Virus genome (UHGV): UHGV-0214148
Length of the DNA stretch: 64,000 nt
Direction: 5' to 3' (one strand)
Source: a virus
Under the pieces are notes generated by a model. The model was not told where the DNA came from and did no database searches. It worked only from the letters and a program-made list of their open reading frames with translations. Positions 1 through 9,656 of the stretch are shown piece by piece (position 1 is the first letter of the stretch; each line of letters begins with the position of its first letter). Both the position numbers and the translations under genes were made by a program.

Positions 1-2
1 TT

Positions 3-371
3 GTGAATCTCATCTTAGACGATCCTCAAGCACACAAAGACTTGAAAACGGTAGACCGGCTGGGGTCTTTGCTTAACGACGTTGATAAACAAATCATTTC
101 CAAACGTCGCGTCGCTGCTGCACAGAAAAACAGCGAAGCTAACCAAGATTTGGCGAATGCACTTAATAGCATCCTCATGCAACGTGGCAATATCAAAATA
201 CGTCGTCACGATGAGGAAATCGAAGAAACCCAGGGCTACCAGCCCCCCGTTCCTGTTATTCCTGATGTTGAAGTAACAGAAGGGGAGCTGGCACCAGTAG
301 GTGAACAAATCGACGTTAAGTCCATTATGACGGCGGCGTTTGCACGTCCTGAACAGGGCGAGCAAGACTAA
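3..371 (+). CDS. hypothetical protein, probably 5'-truncated at window edge; acidic C-terminus
   Basis: Open frame running from the window start to a stop at 371; protein-like composition. The antisense ORF 15-467 looks like a shadow. Overlaps the convergent ORF 325-1047 by 47 bp. Confidence 0.4.
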   Translation: MNLILDDPQAHKDLKTVDRLGSLLNDVDKQIISKRRVAAAQKNSEANQDLANALNSILMQRGNIKIRRHDEEIEETQGYQPPVPVIPDVEVTEGELAPVGEQIDVKSIMTAAFARPEQGEQD

Positions 372-1047
372 ATAAAGCGGCATCTCGTGGGTCGACACCG
401 ACCCACTCTGCCATAAACCGGATATGTTCCTTAAACGGGTTAACGCCGTCTTGTTTGATTTGTTCAACCAACACTCCGGTCAGTTCTGGTGTGAGCATGG
501 CAGGGTGTGTGATGGTAAAGCTCGGAATCGGTTTTTTCAAGTGTGTGGCGTTAAGCTTAATCCACTCGAACCAATCGTACATTATCCAGCAATCCCACGC
601 CAATGACAATCTCCCCGGTGTGAGATCTTCTAACGACCAAGACACCAATTCAACTTGTACGTTATTGTAGTACATCCGAAACAGATTCAAAAAGGCTTGA
701 AGTTCTTCGCCTGTTAAATCCGTATAAGGCCACGTATTAATGGTAAGTGTGGGTTTTTCAATTGGCGAATGCATTTCGATTTCAAGCAACATACACTCGA
801 ATTCGTTTTTCATTGTTGCCAATAATTCAGTAGGCTGCGCATTAATCAACGCGCGCTTATCCCGCTTCCGCCACTCTTCATCCCATTTTTCAAATCCGAG
901 TACGCCAGCCCAAGCTTCTGTATAGCGACGACGATAAACGTCGTAGTCTAGCAATGCTAAGCTTTCAGGCTTAACGGCTTTTACCCAACCTAAACGCGTA
1001 TCAAATAACGTATCAATATCGATTAAGAAACGCCGAGATAATCTCAT
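325..1047 (-). CDS. hypothetical protein
   Basis: 240-aa ORF, stop/start-coupled (ATGA-type overlap) to the downstream minus ORF. The 3' end is uncertain because a hairpin at 386-409 lies inside the predicted C-terminus. Confidence 0.5.
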   Translation of the reverse strand: MRLSRRFLIDIDTLFDTRLGWVKAVKPESLALLDYDVYRRRYTEAWAGVLGFEKWDEEWRKRDKRALINAQPTELLATMKNEFECMLLEIEMHSPIEKPTLTINTWPYTDLTGEELQAFLNLFRMYYNNVQVELVSWSLEDLTPGRLSLAWDCWIMYDWFEWIKLNATHLKKPIPSFTITHPAMLTPELTGVLVEQIKQDGVNPFKEHIRFMAEWVGVDPRDAALFSLARPVQDVQTPPS

Positions 1048-1712
1048 GACGGATGGCCTATGTTGTTACCGATATGCATCGCTTTTAGGTACGCCGACCA
1101 CGTACGTGTTGCTTTAGAACTCGTTCGCTCCGCTCCAGGCAAATCAATACGCCCTTTACCGGTTTGGCGCAGTGATTGATAGAAAGCACGTTGTAGTGCG
1201 TCGTTACCACCACGCGCCCACAAGAACTCTTTCAGTGTCCAGTCGTGACCATCGGAATACATGATGTATGCTTCTGGGAAGGACACCCCGGATGCTTTGG
1301 AAGGTCCGACGACTTGACCGGAGAGTTTATCGCGAACTTTGTCGTTTTTCGCAACCGCCATTTTCTTTTCTTGCATCTGTGTCTGACGACGGACAGGCAA
1401 GCGTAAGACTAAGTGAGGGTAACGAGTACGGTGATAGACACCCGTTTTTGGTTCTGTTAACCAGAGTCGTTGCTCCAGGTTTACCCCGAGAATTTTGCAC
1501 ACCTCGATATTGCGCAGGTGGTCAATTTCGACTTTACTTCCCACCGGGTTGTAAATAGGCAAACCGTTACGAAGTCGGTTAAACTGTTCGTCGGTCATTC
1601 GCGCGAAGGCTTTCTTCGCGGCTTCGGCATTAATGCCAGAAGGGTCTACCAACTTTAAGATTTGTAAGGCGTAGGCTTCCGCCTTTTTACGCCGCGCTGG
1701 TTCGAGTTTCAT
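1044..1712 (-). CDS. hypothetical protein
   Basis: 222-aa ORF in a co-directional minus block; no motif recognised. Confidence 0.5.
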   Translation of the reverse strand: MKLEPARRKKAEAYALQILKLVDPSGINAEAAKKAFARMTDEQFNRLRNGLPIYNPVGSKVEIDHLRNIEVCKILGVNLEQRLWLTEPKTGVYHRTRYPHLVLRLPVRRQTQMQEKKMAVAKNDKVRDKLSGQVVGPSKASGVSFPEAYIMYSDGHDWTLKEFLWARGGNDALQRAFYQSLRQTGKGRIDLPGAERTSSKATRTWSAYLKAMHIGNNIGHPS

Positions 1713-1986
1713 TGTCTACCGCCTTACGTAAATTGGATAACGTTTCTGCTTCAAGCAGGTCAATCCAGTAGCTGATAGCTTCCGTGTTTTCAGGAAGTTC
1801 GGAACGTACTGGCGCATACCCGTAACGTACTAATAGATTCGAGTAATACTCAGCGACCTTTAAACAAAAGGATTCCAGATCGGGAAACGGGTGAGTGAAG
1901 GCTTCACGAAATTCGGCCGCTGTTTCTAAATTAACACTTGCCAATCCTTCACTTAAGCGTTCCACAATCTCCGTTTGATAACGCAT
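1687..1986 (-). CDS. hypothetical protein
   Basis: 99-aa ORF, acidic, overlapping the neighbouring minus ORF. Confidence 0.4.
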   Translation of the reverse strand: MRYQTEIVERLSEGLASVNLETAAEFREAFTHPFPDLESFCLKVAEYYSNLLVRYGYAPVRSELPENTEAISYWIDLLEAETLSNLRKAVDNETRTSAA

Positions 1987-2030
1987 GATGACTCCTTAGG
2001 TCGGGTAGGGTAAACCCTACCCGAGCCTAT

Positions 2031-3527
2031 TTATTTCTTTTTCGTCAGGAACTTCGGTTCTAGTCCATCGACAGCCATACCCAGAATAGTACGTGCAGTC
2101 AGTGTACGTTTACCACCTTTAGTTTCCTGGTCTTTAAACATCCAGTATTCTACCGTGTTGTCCAGAATTTCATTCCAGTCCCACTTCTCGTCAATCAGTT
2201 TGTAAATCTCACCCATGCTGAGATGATACTTCATTTCAAGACGATGGTAGTTGTTTTGCATATACGCAATTGCCGCAGTGATTTCTAAAGCGCGACGTAA
2301 GCGTGCGTTATCAGAAATCATGTCGCGGATTGTCGTGCGTTGGAATTTCACACCAGGTAGAATGTCCAGTTCTTTGATGGAGCCGCCACTACCGCTTGAT
2401 GTGAAACCAAAGTCTGACTTCTTCAGCGTGTCACTTAAATAGTGCCACAGGCTCAGGTGATATAACAGACCCATTTCCTGAGAGAAGATCATCTGAAATT
2501 TCACACCGGTGTGACCACCCTTCGCACGATACTGGGTAAAGGTGATAATCTTCAAGTCGTTTACCGACGCATTCATCGCTTTAGAACGTGACGTCGGATA
2601 AAGTTCTTCGTTAACACCGGTCTGTGCGTTATAGCTCTGGTCTTTCTTCAGTTCCCCTGATTTCGTCGCGACAATAAAAGAGTTTGTTAAGAAGCTAAGC
2701 TGACGGCGAGGAATACCTGCGAATTTTAGATCGTCGTTGGCGTCGTCGAGAATTTTCGCATTTGCTTTTTGTGCCTGTCGACCACCCGCCATCGCTTTCC
2801 CAGAGTCATCGGCCATCTGTGCCACGAAGCCCATGTAAAAACCGCCGCGTGCAAACGCAGACGGCCAGCGGCTCATCATATTCGATTTTTGCAGCGCATC
2901 GTGGGCGTTCAGGATGTTCTGATCAGAATCCCCGATATCCGTTTTTGCGTGCTTGTCTTCCAGCGAACTGGAATGCCATTCTGACAGGGAGTCGATAGAA
3001 TAAAGCCAGGGGTCCAGGATTTCTTTTAACTTGCGACGAACCGGATCGGGGAACGGTGTTACACGGGTTTTACCAGACATATACTGTTTGAAGCGTTTTT
3101 CAACTTCATCACGAATATAATCACTGTAATACTGTTCCCCAGGCATTACGTCAGAACCGACCAGGTTATAACGACCTTCGTGGATAAGCTCCAGTACAGA
3201 TGTTCCGTCGTCGATACCGTTGGCGTTCATGGCAGAGATGTACCCAGTTTCTAAACGATCGAGGGCAGCGGACACTTCTGTATCGTACTTAGAACCCCAC
3301 TCTGCTTTATAACGTTGCAGGATTTGGAAGATACAGAAATCTAACAAGGTGGATTTAAAAGTGTTACCGCGACCTGCGAAACCCATGATGTGGGCAAAAC
3401 CACCGTTAAGGTAGTACAAACCATCTTCACCTTTTTCGTAGTTACCTAAGGCATGATCCATGATGGTGTAAACGTTAAAACGTGGACGAATTACTTCACC
3501 GATAACTTGCTTAGTTGGGCCTGCCAT
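2031..3527 (-). CDS. P-loop NTPase, possible UvsX/RecA-like recombinase
   Basis: N-terminal GGFAHIMGFAGRGNTFKST (Walker A-like with FKS, as I recall for T4 UvsX GPSKSFKS) and a later LYSIDSLSEW (RecA-type Walker B-like IDSL). SD GGAGCGCTAA precedes the ATG. Family assignment is from memory, not from a search. Confidence 0.4.
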   Translation of the reverse strand: MAGPTKQVIGEVIRPRFNVYTIMDHALGNYEKGEDGLYYLNGGFAHIMGFAGRGNTFKSTLLDFCIFQILQRYKAEWGSKYDTEVSAALDRLETGYISAMNANGIDDGTSVLELIHEGRYNLVGSDVMPGEQYYSDYIRDEVEKRFKQYMSGKTRVTPFPDPVRRKLKEILDPWLYSIDSLSEWHSSSLEDKHAKTDIGDSDQNILNAHDALQKSNMMSRWPSAFARGGFYMGFVAQMADDSGKAMAGGRQAQKANAKILDDANDDLKFAGIPRRQLSFLTNSFIVATKSGELKKDQSYNAQTGVNEELYPTSRSKAMNASVNDLKIITFTQYRAKGGHTGVKFQMIFSQEMGLLYHLSLWHYLSDTLKKSDFGFTSSGSGGSIKELDILPGVKFQRTTIRDMISDNARLRRALEITAAIAYMQNNYHRLEMKYHLSMGEIYKLIDEKWDWNEILDNTVEYWMFKDQETKGGKRTLTARTILGMAVDGLEPKFLTKKK

Positions 3528-3542
3528 TTAGCGCTCCGATAA

Positions 3543-3842
3543 TTAACGATTCTTGGTCGGAAGAAGAAGACGGCGGTTGTGCCAGAATTCAAAGTAGGTC
3601 TCTACCCACTCAGTAACTTCTTCCGCATTTTCAGGATAAGGGTTTTCAATAGACTCGAAACGGCGTTTATTACGCTCGTCAATTTCCAGTTCCATAACAC
3701 GTTTACCGCTCGGGCACGACGTTACGCTCAAGACTTTTCCAACTTGAATAGGTTTACCGTTCTGACCTTTTTTAACAGGCGTCAGATAAATTTCCGGTTC
3801 TAAACGCGGTGTGGTGTTTCGAGTCAGTAATTTGATTTTCAT
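3543..3842 (-). CDS. hypothetical protein
   Basis: 99-aa ORF immediately downstream of the NTPase gene on the same strand. Confidence 0.45.
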   Translation of the reverse strand: MKIKLLTRNTTPRLEPEIYLTPVKKGQNGKPIQVGKVLSVTSCPSGKRVMELEIDERNKRRFESIENPYPENAEEVTEWVETYFEFWHNRRLLLPTKNR

Positions 3843-3940
3843 CGAGCTTTACCTTTATGGAAGAGTCTCGGTCATAAGGTTTGGGTGAACTGTAAAAAGA
3901 CTTTACTATGTAACCCTGACTTATAATCCGAGGTTTTAGA

Positions 3941-4696
3941 ATGAATGTAAATCCACTTGCAGCGTTATCTAGCTTCGCCGCTAAAGCGTCTGCAATCTTA
4001 CCGAAAGGGTTTAGCGGCCCTCAACAAGAGATTGCATTAACCACTTATGACGAGATGTCGGACGTTTCCAAGTGGATGCAACAAGAAAAATTCCTACACT
4101 TTGCGGGAATGTTGGTTATCGTTCCACCTGGGTTTAATACCTACGTGATGGATCATTTGAACCGCTTAGAATCCGTATGGAGTTCACTACAAAACATCTA
4201 TACGGGTATTCTGCTGCCGGTCGATAAACAACTTTCGGCCCTTACACATGATGTGGGGGTACTGTCATTACCGATTGGTTTCCGTTACAAAAACGTTAAT
4301 TTGCCGTTACGTAATGTTAACCCGAAAGACCTGGTTAACTTATTAGCGAAATCGTACACTAATAACGTTATTGACCAGCGACCAATTGAGAAGACGTACC
4401 ACAGCGCGTCTGAGATTGACGTTGCGTTCAATCGTGCTAAAGCCCTGAACGTTGAAATTACGAAACGTTTACGGACGAACATCGACAAGTCAATCGAGTC
4501 CATTCGCACTACGTCGGAAATCTTGTCTGAACAAAACATTCATCCGAATGTAGCAAAAGAACTGACGATGATGTTAGATTTTGCGTCCGATTGGGTGGAG
4601 CTGTTTGGTCTGTTCATGAAACAGGTTAACGAGTTAATCGAATGCCTGAACGTTACTGCCGAACGCTTAAAAGCGCTTAAGGCAAACAAAAAATAA
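3941..4696 (+). CDS. hypothetical protein
   Basis: 251-aa ORF with upstream SD; followed by a bidirectional terminator hairpin. Confidence 0.55.
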   Translation: MNVNPLAALSSFAAKASAILPKGFSGPQQEIALTTYDEMSDVSKWMQQEKFLHFAGMLVIVPPGFNTYVMDHLNRLESVWSSLQNIYTGILLPVDKQLSALTHDVGVLSLPIGFRYKNVNLPLRNVNPKDLVNLLAKSYTNNVIDQRPIEKTYHSASEIDVAFNRAKALNVEITKRLRTNIDKSIESIRTTSEILSEQNIHPNVAKELTMMLDFASDWVELFGLFMKQVNELIECLNVTAERLKALKANKK

Positions 4697-4702
4697 AAAA
4701 GT

Positions 4703-4750
4703 AAAGTTACCCCTAGACCACACGGTCTAGGGGTAAACTATTTATTTCCC
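4703..4750. terminator. bidirectional rho-independent terminator
   Basis: Perfect 13-bp inverted repeat TTACCCCTAGACC/GGTCTAGGGGTAA (4707-4736) flanked by an A-run upstream and a T-run downstream, between convergent genes. Confidence 0.7.
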
Positions 4751-5641
4751 ACGATAAAATCCAGAGATGTAACTCGGCGCTATCCATCGCCATTCGCGCC
4801 AGCGCATTTCTGACATTTTACCACACCATACACGCTTCCAATGCGCACGACGGATATGTGCGGCGCAATAAATCGCCAAACAAACCTCGTGTCCTTCCTT
4901 GCGTTGCTGCTCTATATCTTCCCATTGTACCGGACTTACATCTAAAACGACTGCTTCACTACGTGGGCGAATTTCTGTATCAGGAACATAACGAATGGAC
5001 CTTCCGCGAAATTCTTTCTTCTCGCGCTCAGTTCGTTTAATTCGTGACGAAAGATATAGCCCGATGTAGACCGCGTCGAGTAGTCGCTGATTCTCCTTAA
5101 CCGAAGTAAGGAGCGGCTTTAACTCCACGAAATCATCATTACTTTTATCGATCGTGTAAATCTCAAACTCCATGTATACCGACTCGCCATGTTCTTCGCA
5201 TGACATCACAAAGAGAACTTCTTCACCTTCGTAAAGACGTCTTCCGATAAATAACGTGATTGGACTTTCGTCGAGATTTACATTAACCGAGAAAGTAAAT
5301 GAAGGGATGGTTTCTATCCAGAAGTACGGGATATTTTTTAGTCTCTCAGTTTTTGCTAAGAGCGCCATCAGTTCTTCATCCGAGATGATTTCAACAGCAG
5401 CGTATTGCCATCCTAGTCCCAGAGACTGCTTAATCAGTCTGGGAATCTGTTCGGTAACACCATACTCACGATAGGTCGGATCTTTAACTGGCATAAACGT
5501 TACGGGTATTTGACGTTTATGCTCGTTAATGAACCGAATAAAACGACACTGATCTAATCCGTGAATTGTTTGGTGTGCCTTTTCTATTTGTTCACTCATG
5601 CGTCTTAGCGCTTTCCCGTAAAGTCTATTATTCGTTGTCAT
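4742..5641 (-). CDS. hypothetical protein, paralog of 5667-6593 (Arg/Trp-rich C-terminal motif)
   Basis: Start chosen at the internal ATG preceded by AGGAGTATTAAA. C-terminus IRRAHWKRVW...W..P....GFYRGK resembles that of the neighbouring ORF. Confidence 0.55.
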   Translation of the reverse strand: MTTNNRLYGKALRRMSEQIEKAHQTIHGLDQCRFIRFINEHKRQIPVTFMPVKDPTYREYGVTEQIPRLIKQSLGLGWQYAAVEIISDEELMALLAKTERLKNIPYFWIETIPSFTFSVNVNLDESPITLFIGRRLYEGEEVLFVMSCEEHGESVYMEFEIYTIDKSNDDFVELKPLLTSVKENQRLLDAVYIGLYLSSRIKRTEREKKEFRGRSIRYVPDTEIRPRSEAVVLDVSPVQWEDIEQQRKEGHEVCLAIYCAAHIRRAHWKRVWCGKMSEMRWREWRWIAPSYISGFYRGK

Positions 5642-5666
5642 TTTAATACTCCTAAACACTTTTAGC

Positions 5667-6593
5667 TTAATTGTGGGGTACGTAGCCACGGACAAATGTA
5701 GGTGGAATCCAACAAAGTTTTCTCTTTCTTTCACCATTTCTAGGGCCGACCCAATATCTGCGCCAGTGTGCGCGACGGATGTGGGCAGCCTTAGCATGTT
5801 TGATACCTTGCATGGTTTTCAAGTCAGTGTTAAACCCTTTTAGATAATTCACTTGTCCTGGCGTGATATCTATCTTAACATCGCGTTCACGAGGTTTAAC
5901 GTCGTAACTAATACTACCGTTCTTTTTGATTTCCTTGAACTTAATATCATTAAAAGACTCCCTGTAATTGGGCGGGATTAGCGTACACAGAAATATCATC
6001 GAAGTAGCGGCTTTGGCCAGAGATAACCATAGCATCTTTTCTTGTTCGGTCCGTACGCCAGTTGTATAATCGATTTCAACAAGCCCGTTTCCAACACTAC
6101 ATATCTCTAACGAGCAGGTGGCGATTGTGGTAACGCCTTCTGTTAACCCGTAATCAGTATTTGTAGCGATTATAATAAACCTTCTTTTCCCATTTTTTCG
6201 ATAGCCGAGAAAGAAAGTCTCATCCTCTTTACCTACGTCGATTGCTACAGTCCATGTGGGTATAAAGTCCAACCATTCTTCAGGGAATTTACTGGGCATC
6301 TCAGTCTCGAAAACAAGTTCTCTAAGTGCTTGGTTGGATATTAAGGAAGCACCACCGTATAGCCATCCAATTGCCAATGTTTGAGCGTGAAGGGAACGGG
6401 GATCTTTGAGACCTAACTCAGCGTCGTAAGGTATAAAGGCATTGGTTAAATGGTTACGATTCTTTTTTATCCATTTCGAGACAGGATTTTCCTTTATTCG
6501 GTTTTCTTCCATGACATTTTCAAGATGCTGAGACCCCATTTGTCTAAGGCAGTCTTTAATACCTTTTACTTTTTTACTTTTGTACAAATACAT
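5667..6593 (-). CDS. hypothetical protein, paralog of 4742-5641
   Basis: 308-aa ORF; C-terminus AAHIRRAHWRRYW...CWIPPTFVRGY shares the motif with the downstream gene; SD TAGGAGAATAAACC before the ATG. Confidence 0.55.
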   Translation of the reverse strand: MYLYKSKKVKGIKDCLRQMGSQHLENVMEENRIKENPVSKWIKKNRNHLTNAFIPYDAELGLKDPRSLHAQTLAIGWLYGGASLISNQALRELVFETEMPSKFPEEWLDFIPTWTVAIDVGKEDETFFLGYRKNGKRRFIIIATNTDYGLTEGVTTIATCSLEICSVGNGLVEIDYTTGVRTEQEKMLWLSLAKAATSMIFLCTLIPPNYRESFNDIKFKEIKKNGSISYDVKPRERDVKIDITPGQVNYLKGFNTDLKTMQGIKHAKAAHIRRAHWRRYWVGPRNGERKRKLCWIPPTFVRGYVPHN

Positions 6594-6625
6594 GGTTTAT
6601 TCTCCTAAAATGGTTAAAAACAAAG

Positions 6626-6650
6626 TAACCCTAGCCGAAGCTAGGGTGTC
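6626..6650 (-). terminator. rho-independent terminator
   Basis: Hairpin ACCCTAGC-CGAA-GCTAGGGT followed by a T-rich run on the minus strand, just downstream of the 6653-7141 stop. Confidence 0.55.
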
Positions 6651-6652
6651 TA

Positions 6653-7141
6653 TTAGTCGATTTTGACGTAATCAGGATAATTAGCTTTTAGCCACTCCCA
6701 TAGTTGCAGAGCAAGTTGGTTTTCGTTACGCTTGATGATTTCTACGATTTCGTTCAAGAGAGAGTCTTCAACCCAAATCCGGGTATAAAATTTTTCCCAT
6801 TCCGGTTCTGTATAAGGGACTAGCGGAGTAGGGAATCGACCCATGTGGTACGCATCAGAAACTTTCTTTAAGAACTCGTTGCGACCATGGCGTAGACGTT
6901 GCCGAACGTCTGTTTCTGTCATGCGCTTGCTTGATGGATCGAAGAAGTCAAGTATGATAAATATGTATCCAAATAAGCTCTGAGAAGAAAAGTAGGACGC
7001 GGCGTAGTCCGCCATCCAGGGAGTGTCTACAACCAACGGAGTCAACTTTTCTTCAATTTCTTTTCTTACACGTGTTCCGTTATTGAGAAATTCATGTACG
7101 AAATCGGTGTCACGAATATCGAAGTTATGATTTAAGTTCAT
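6653..7141 (-). CDS. hypothetical protein
   Basis: 162-aa ORF; 1-bp spacing to the upstream gene. Confidence 0.5.
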   Translation of the reverse strand: MNLNHNFDIRDTDFVHEFLNNGTRVRKEIEEKLTPLVVDTPWMADYAASYFSSQSLFGYIFIILDFFDPSSKRMTETDVRQRLRHGRNEFLKKVSDAYHMGRFPTPLVPYTEPEWEKFYTRIWVEDSLLNEIVEIIKRNENQLALQLWEWLKANYPDYVKID

Positions 7142-7142
7142 T

Positions 7143-7667
7143 TTATTGTCCTAAAATTGGGGAGAGTTTGTCTGCGGTGTTTAACAACGCTTTTGTAATT
7201 TCGTGGTTGGTCTCTTTTAGGATGACGCAGCAGAGAGTGGTATAAACCTCGATTGCTAACGTGATTTCTTGTTCAGTCAGACACGGTTCGGTACCGCCAA
7301 CCCCATAACGTTGCGCCGCATACTCAATTTCAAGTTTCAAACGTTTTCGTAGTGCCTCGTCATCAGTTAAACGCGTACACGCCCGATCGAAACGTCTATT
7401 GTAAGCCTCGATCTTGTGGACAATTTCGCGTCGCAGTTGGTCGACATTTACGTTATCATCAAGAGTGATGGTGACGTTGTCAACTAAACAGTAATGCACT
7501 GTGTGTCGTAAGTTGTGCAATGTGGCGACAGTAACGACCCGCTCCTGATGGTCGCTAAAGCCGTGAGCACCACAGAGCTTGCGTGCAACTGCGCCGGAGA
7601 TTTTCTCCTCTAGCGCTATCGGTGTGGCAATGGTTGTTTTCTTACGAAGCTGAATTAAAATATCCAC
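7143..7667 (-). CDS. hypothetical protein
   Basis: 174-aa ORF in a tightly packed operon. Confidence 0.5.
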   Translation of the reverse strand: MDILIQLRKKTTIATPIALEEKISGAVARKLCGAHGFSDHQERVVTVATLHNLRHTVHYCLVDNVTITLDDNVNVDQLRREIVHKIEAYNRRFDRACTRLTDDEALRKRLKLEIEYAAQRYGVGGTEPCLTEQEITLAIEVYTTLCCVILKETNHEITKALLNTADKLSPILGQ

Positions 7668-7669
7668 GA

Positions 7670-8212
7670 TTATACTCCTTTAGGTTGACCGTATTTTGAT
7701 GACAGGTAGATGAGCTCAGCATGGCAGATTTTCTCAACTAACCCGAGTGTCTCAAGGAAAATATCCCGGATACGGGACATTGTTTCGTTGGTAAGAATAT
7801 CGCTCCAACACGTTGTGTCTATTATATCCGTCGTTGAAGATTGTCGCTGCAGTATGGCGACATACACTTCGTCGAGGGTATCTGGAGCATTATTCTGTAA
7901 GTAATGCGCGGCATGTAGAAAGGCTTTCTCAAGAATCAGGTGAATATCCGTATCGGGATCAGTTACCCGCACCAAATGTGGGTATGTCATGGCCGAATGG
8001 ATTTTTCGCTCTAACTGTTCAATGAGATTATTCACCATCGCTTCTGAATCCAGGATAGTAATTTCGACCCCACTGTGTTCTTCAGAAATCTTGTTCTCAT
8101 GTACTGCTATCGCGTCGTGCAGTTCAAACGCAACGCGGCTACGCATCCCACTTAACAGTTTGTTTAATTTGCCCCGTGACTCGCTGAGTGAGAAATCGAT
8201 AAGTATTTTCAT
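7670..8212 (-). CDS. hypothetical protein
   Basis: 180-aa ORF in a tightly packed operon. Confidence 0.5.
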   Translation of the reverse strand: MKILIDFSLSESRGKLNKLLSGMRSRVAFELHDAIAVHENKISEEHSGVEITILDSEAMVNNLIEQLERKIHSAMTYPHLVRVTDPDTDIHLILEKAFLHAAHYLQNNAPDTLDEVYVAILQRQSSTTDIIDTTCWSDILTNETMSRIRDIFLETLGLVEKICHAELIYLSSKYGQPKGV

Positions 8213-8213
8213 G

Positions 8214-8951
8214 TTAATAGCCCTGATAAATGATGTCGTCGCGGTCTTTACGTAACTGGCAGTATGTTACGTCAGCACCGTTAGGGATTTGTACGCCAGC
8301 GTCTTCAAGATAAATAACACCAGTCTGATTACAGAAATAAAAAGACCACAAGTACGGATTGCCTTGACAACTGTTTTCACGATGATCGAAGGGCCAATAG
8401 CCTCGATACAATTCGTCGTAATCACCGCGCTCGATACCAAAAGCAATCATTTCTTTTTCCCACAATCTGCTTTCGGCGTCGTAAATCGAAAACCAGAAAC
8501 CGACGAGGTTCTTTGTCCGTTTAACGTTCATTAAGTCGTTATAAATGGGGTAGAGTGCTTTATTGAAACTTTCTAACAACTCTGGAGAGAGTAGAAAGTT
8601 CACGTAGTATTCTAGCCATTGATAAACGGCTTCCCAGACATCTTCAGAAGAGAAATGCTCGAATACGGCGTCATCACAATCGTAGTTATCGAAGACCCCT
8701 GAGAGATCTATTATGACGTCGCGAAGGTCAAAGTTTCGGTTGGTATTGACAGCCTCAATAACTTCGGAGATAAGGCGAGTAAAGACGTTTGTGCAGGCAG
8801 TCTGTGCGGTATAAAAGAATTCTCCTTGTACGGTTGACCACTTCGGGTCCTTCAAATGTTCATTGAAGTATTGTGGCCAAATTTTATAAAAGATTCCCTC
8901 GAACAACGAGGGGTTGATACGTTGTAATTGAGGGACATAAACTTTTAGCAT
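8214..8951 (-). CDS. hypothetical protein
   Basis: 245-aa ORF; SD GGAGTTATTAAA before the ATG. Confidence 0.5.
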   Translation of the reverse strand: MLKVYVPQLQRINPSLFEGIFYKIWPQYFNEHLKDPKWSTVQGEFFYTAQTACTNVFTRLISEVIEAVNTNRNFDLRDVIIDLSGVFDNYDCDDAVFEHFSSEDVWEAVYQWLEYYVNFLLSPELLESFNKALYPIYNDLMNVKRTKNLVGFWFSIYDAESRLWEKEMIAFGIERGDYDELYRGYWPFDHRENSCQGNPYLWSFYFCNQTGVIYLEDAGVQIPNGADVTYCQLRKDRDDIIYQGY

Positions 8952-8987
8952 TTTAATAACTCCAATGGTGTTACACCTGGATAATAT

Positions 8988-9656
8988 CTATCTAAGAATA
9001 TTTTTAGCGAAAAAAGGATCGACTATAAACTCCTTCACCTGTGAGTCATAACCCGAATGTATTTGATCGCTACTGAGCAAATACCCGTCTAAATCGTGTG
9101 GAAGAATCCAAGAATCCCCCTGTTTAAAAATACCATAATCTGTTGTTCCAGAGGAAAAAACGATTTCCTCTGGAGAGGAATAGATGTGGCGTAAGGCAAG
9201 ATCGGACGGCTTTAACACGATTAATCGAACGGGATGTTGACTGACTGCCTCTTTAATAAACTGTTCACGATTAAAGCAAATTATTTTTTCGGGGTAAGTT
9301 TCGAATTCAGCCCATGTCCGCCTGATAACTAATTTGGAAATCTTTCTCAATTCTTCAGAATGCTCTGCGTAGCCGATACACTCCTTGCGTACTTCATGAT
9401 TTTCTACCGATGCTGCGAATTTTTGGAATAGGTGTTGTTGGAAAAAGCCGTTCTCCGGGATATCACAACCTGCGTTGTATAGTGCAATGATCTCCCACAA
9501 CAACGAAAGAGAAAACACAAATGCTAACTTTTCCACCACTTCCCAATCTTCGGAGTAAGGGGCTTTAAAGCCCCAATACTGCCGTGCGTTATACATAAAG
9601 TGAGTTTGTAAAAACCGAGGGGCTTTTGACAAGACCTCACTATAAACGATCAGCAT
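8988..9656 (-). CDS. hypothetical protein
   Basis: 222-aa ORF overlapping the upstream RNase H gene by 7 bp. Confidence 0.5.
   Translation of the reverse strand: MLIVYSEVLSKAPRFLQTHFMYNARQYWGFKAPYSEDWEVVEKLAFVFSLSLLWEIIALYNAGCDIPENGFFQQHLFQKFAASVENHEVRKECIGYAEHSEELRKISKLVIRRTWAEFETYPEKIICFNREQFIKEAVSQHPVRLIVLKPSDLALRHIYSSPEEIVFSSGTTDYGIFKQGDSWILPHDLDGYLLSSDQIHSGYDSQVKEFIVDPFFAKNILR

Noticed and set aside
15-467. 150-aa minus-strand ORF at the window start
   Set aside because: Low-complexity, Cys/Phe/Leu-rich translation typical of the antisense shadow of a real gene; the plus-strand frame 3-371 has protein-like composition and a clean acidic C-terminus.
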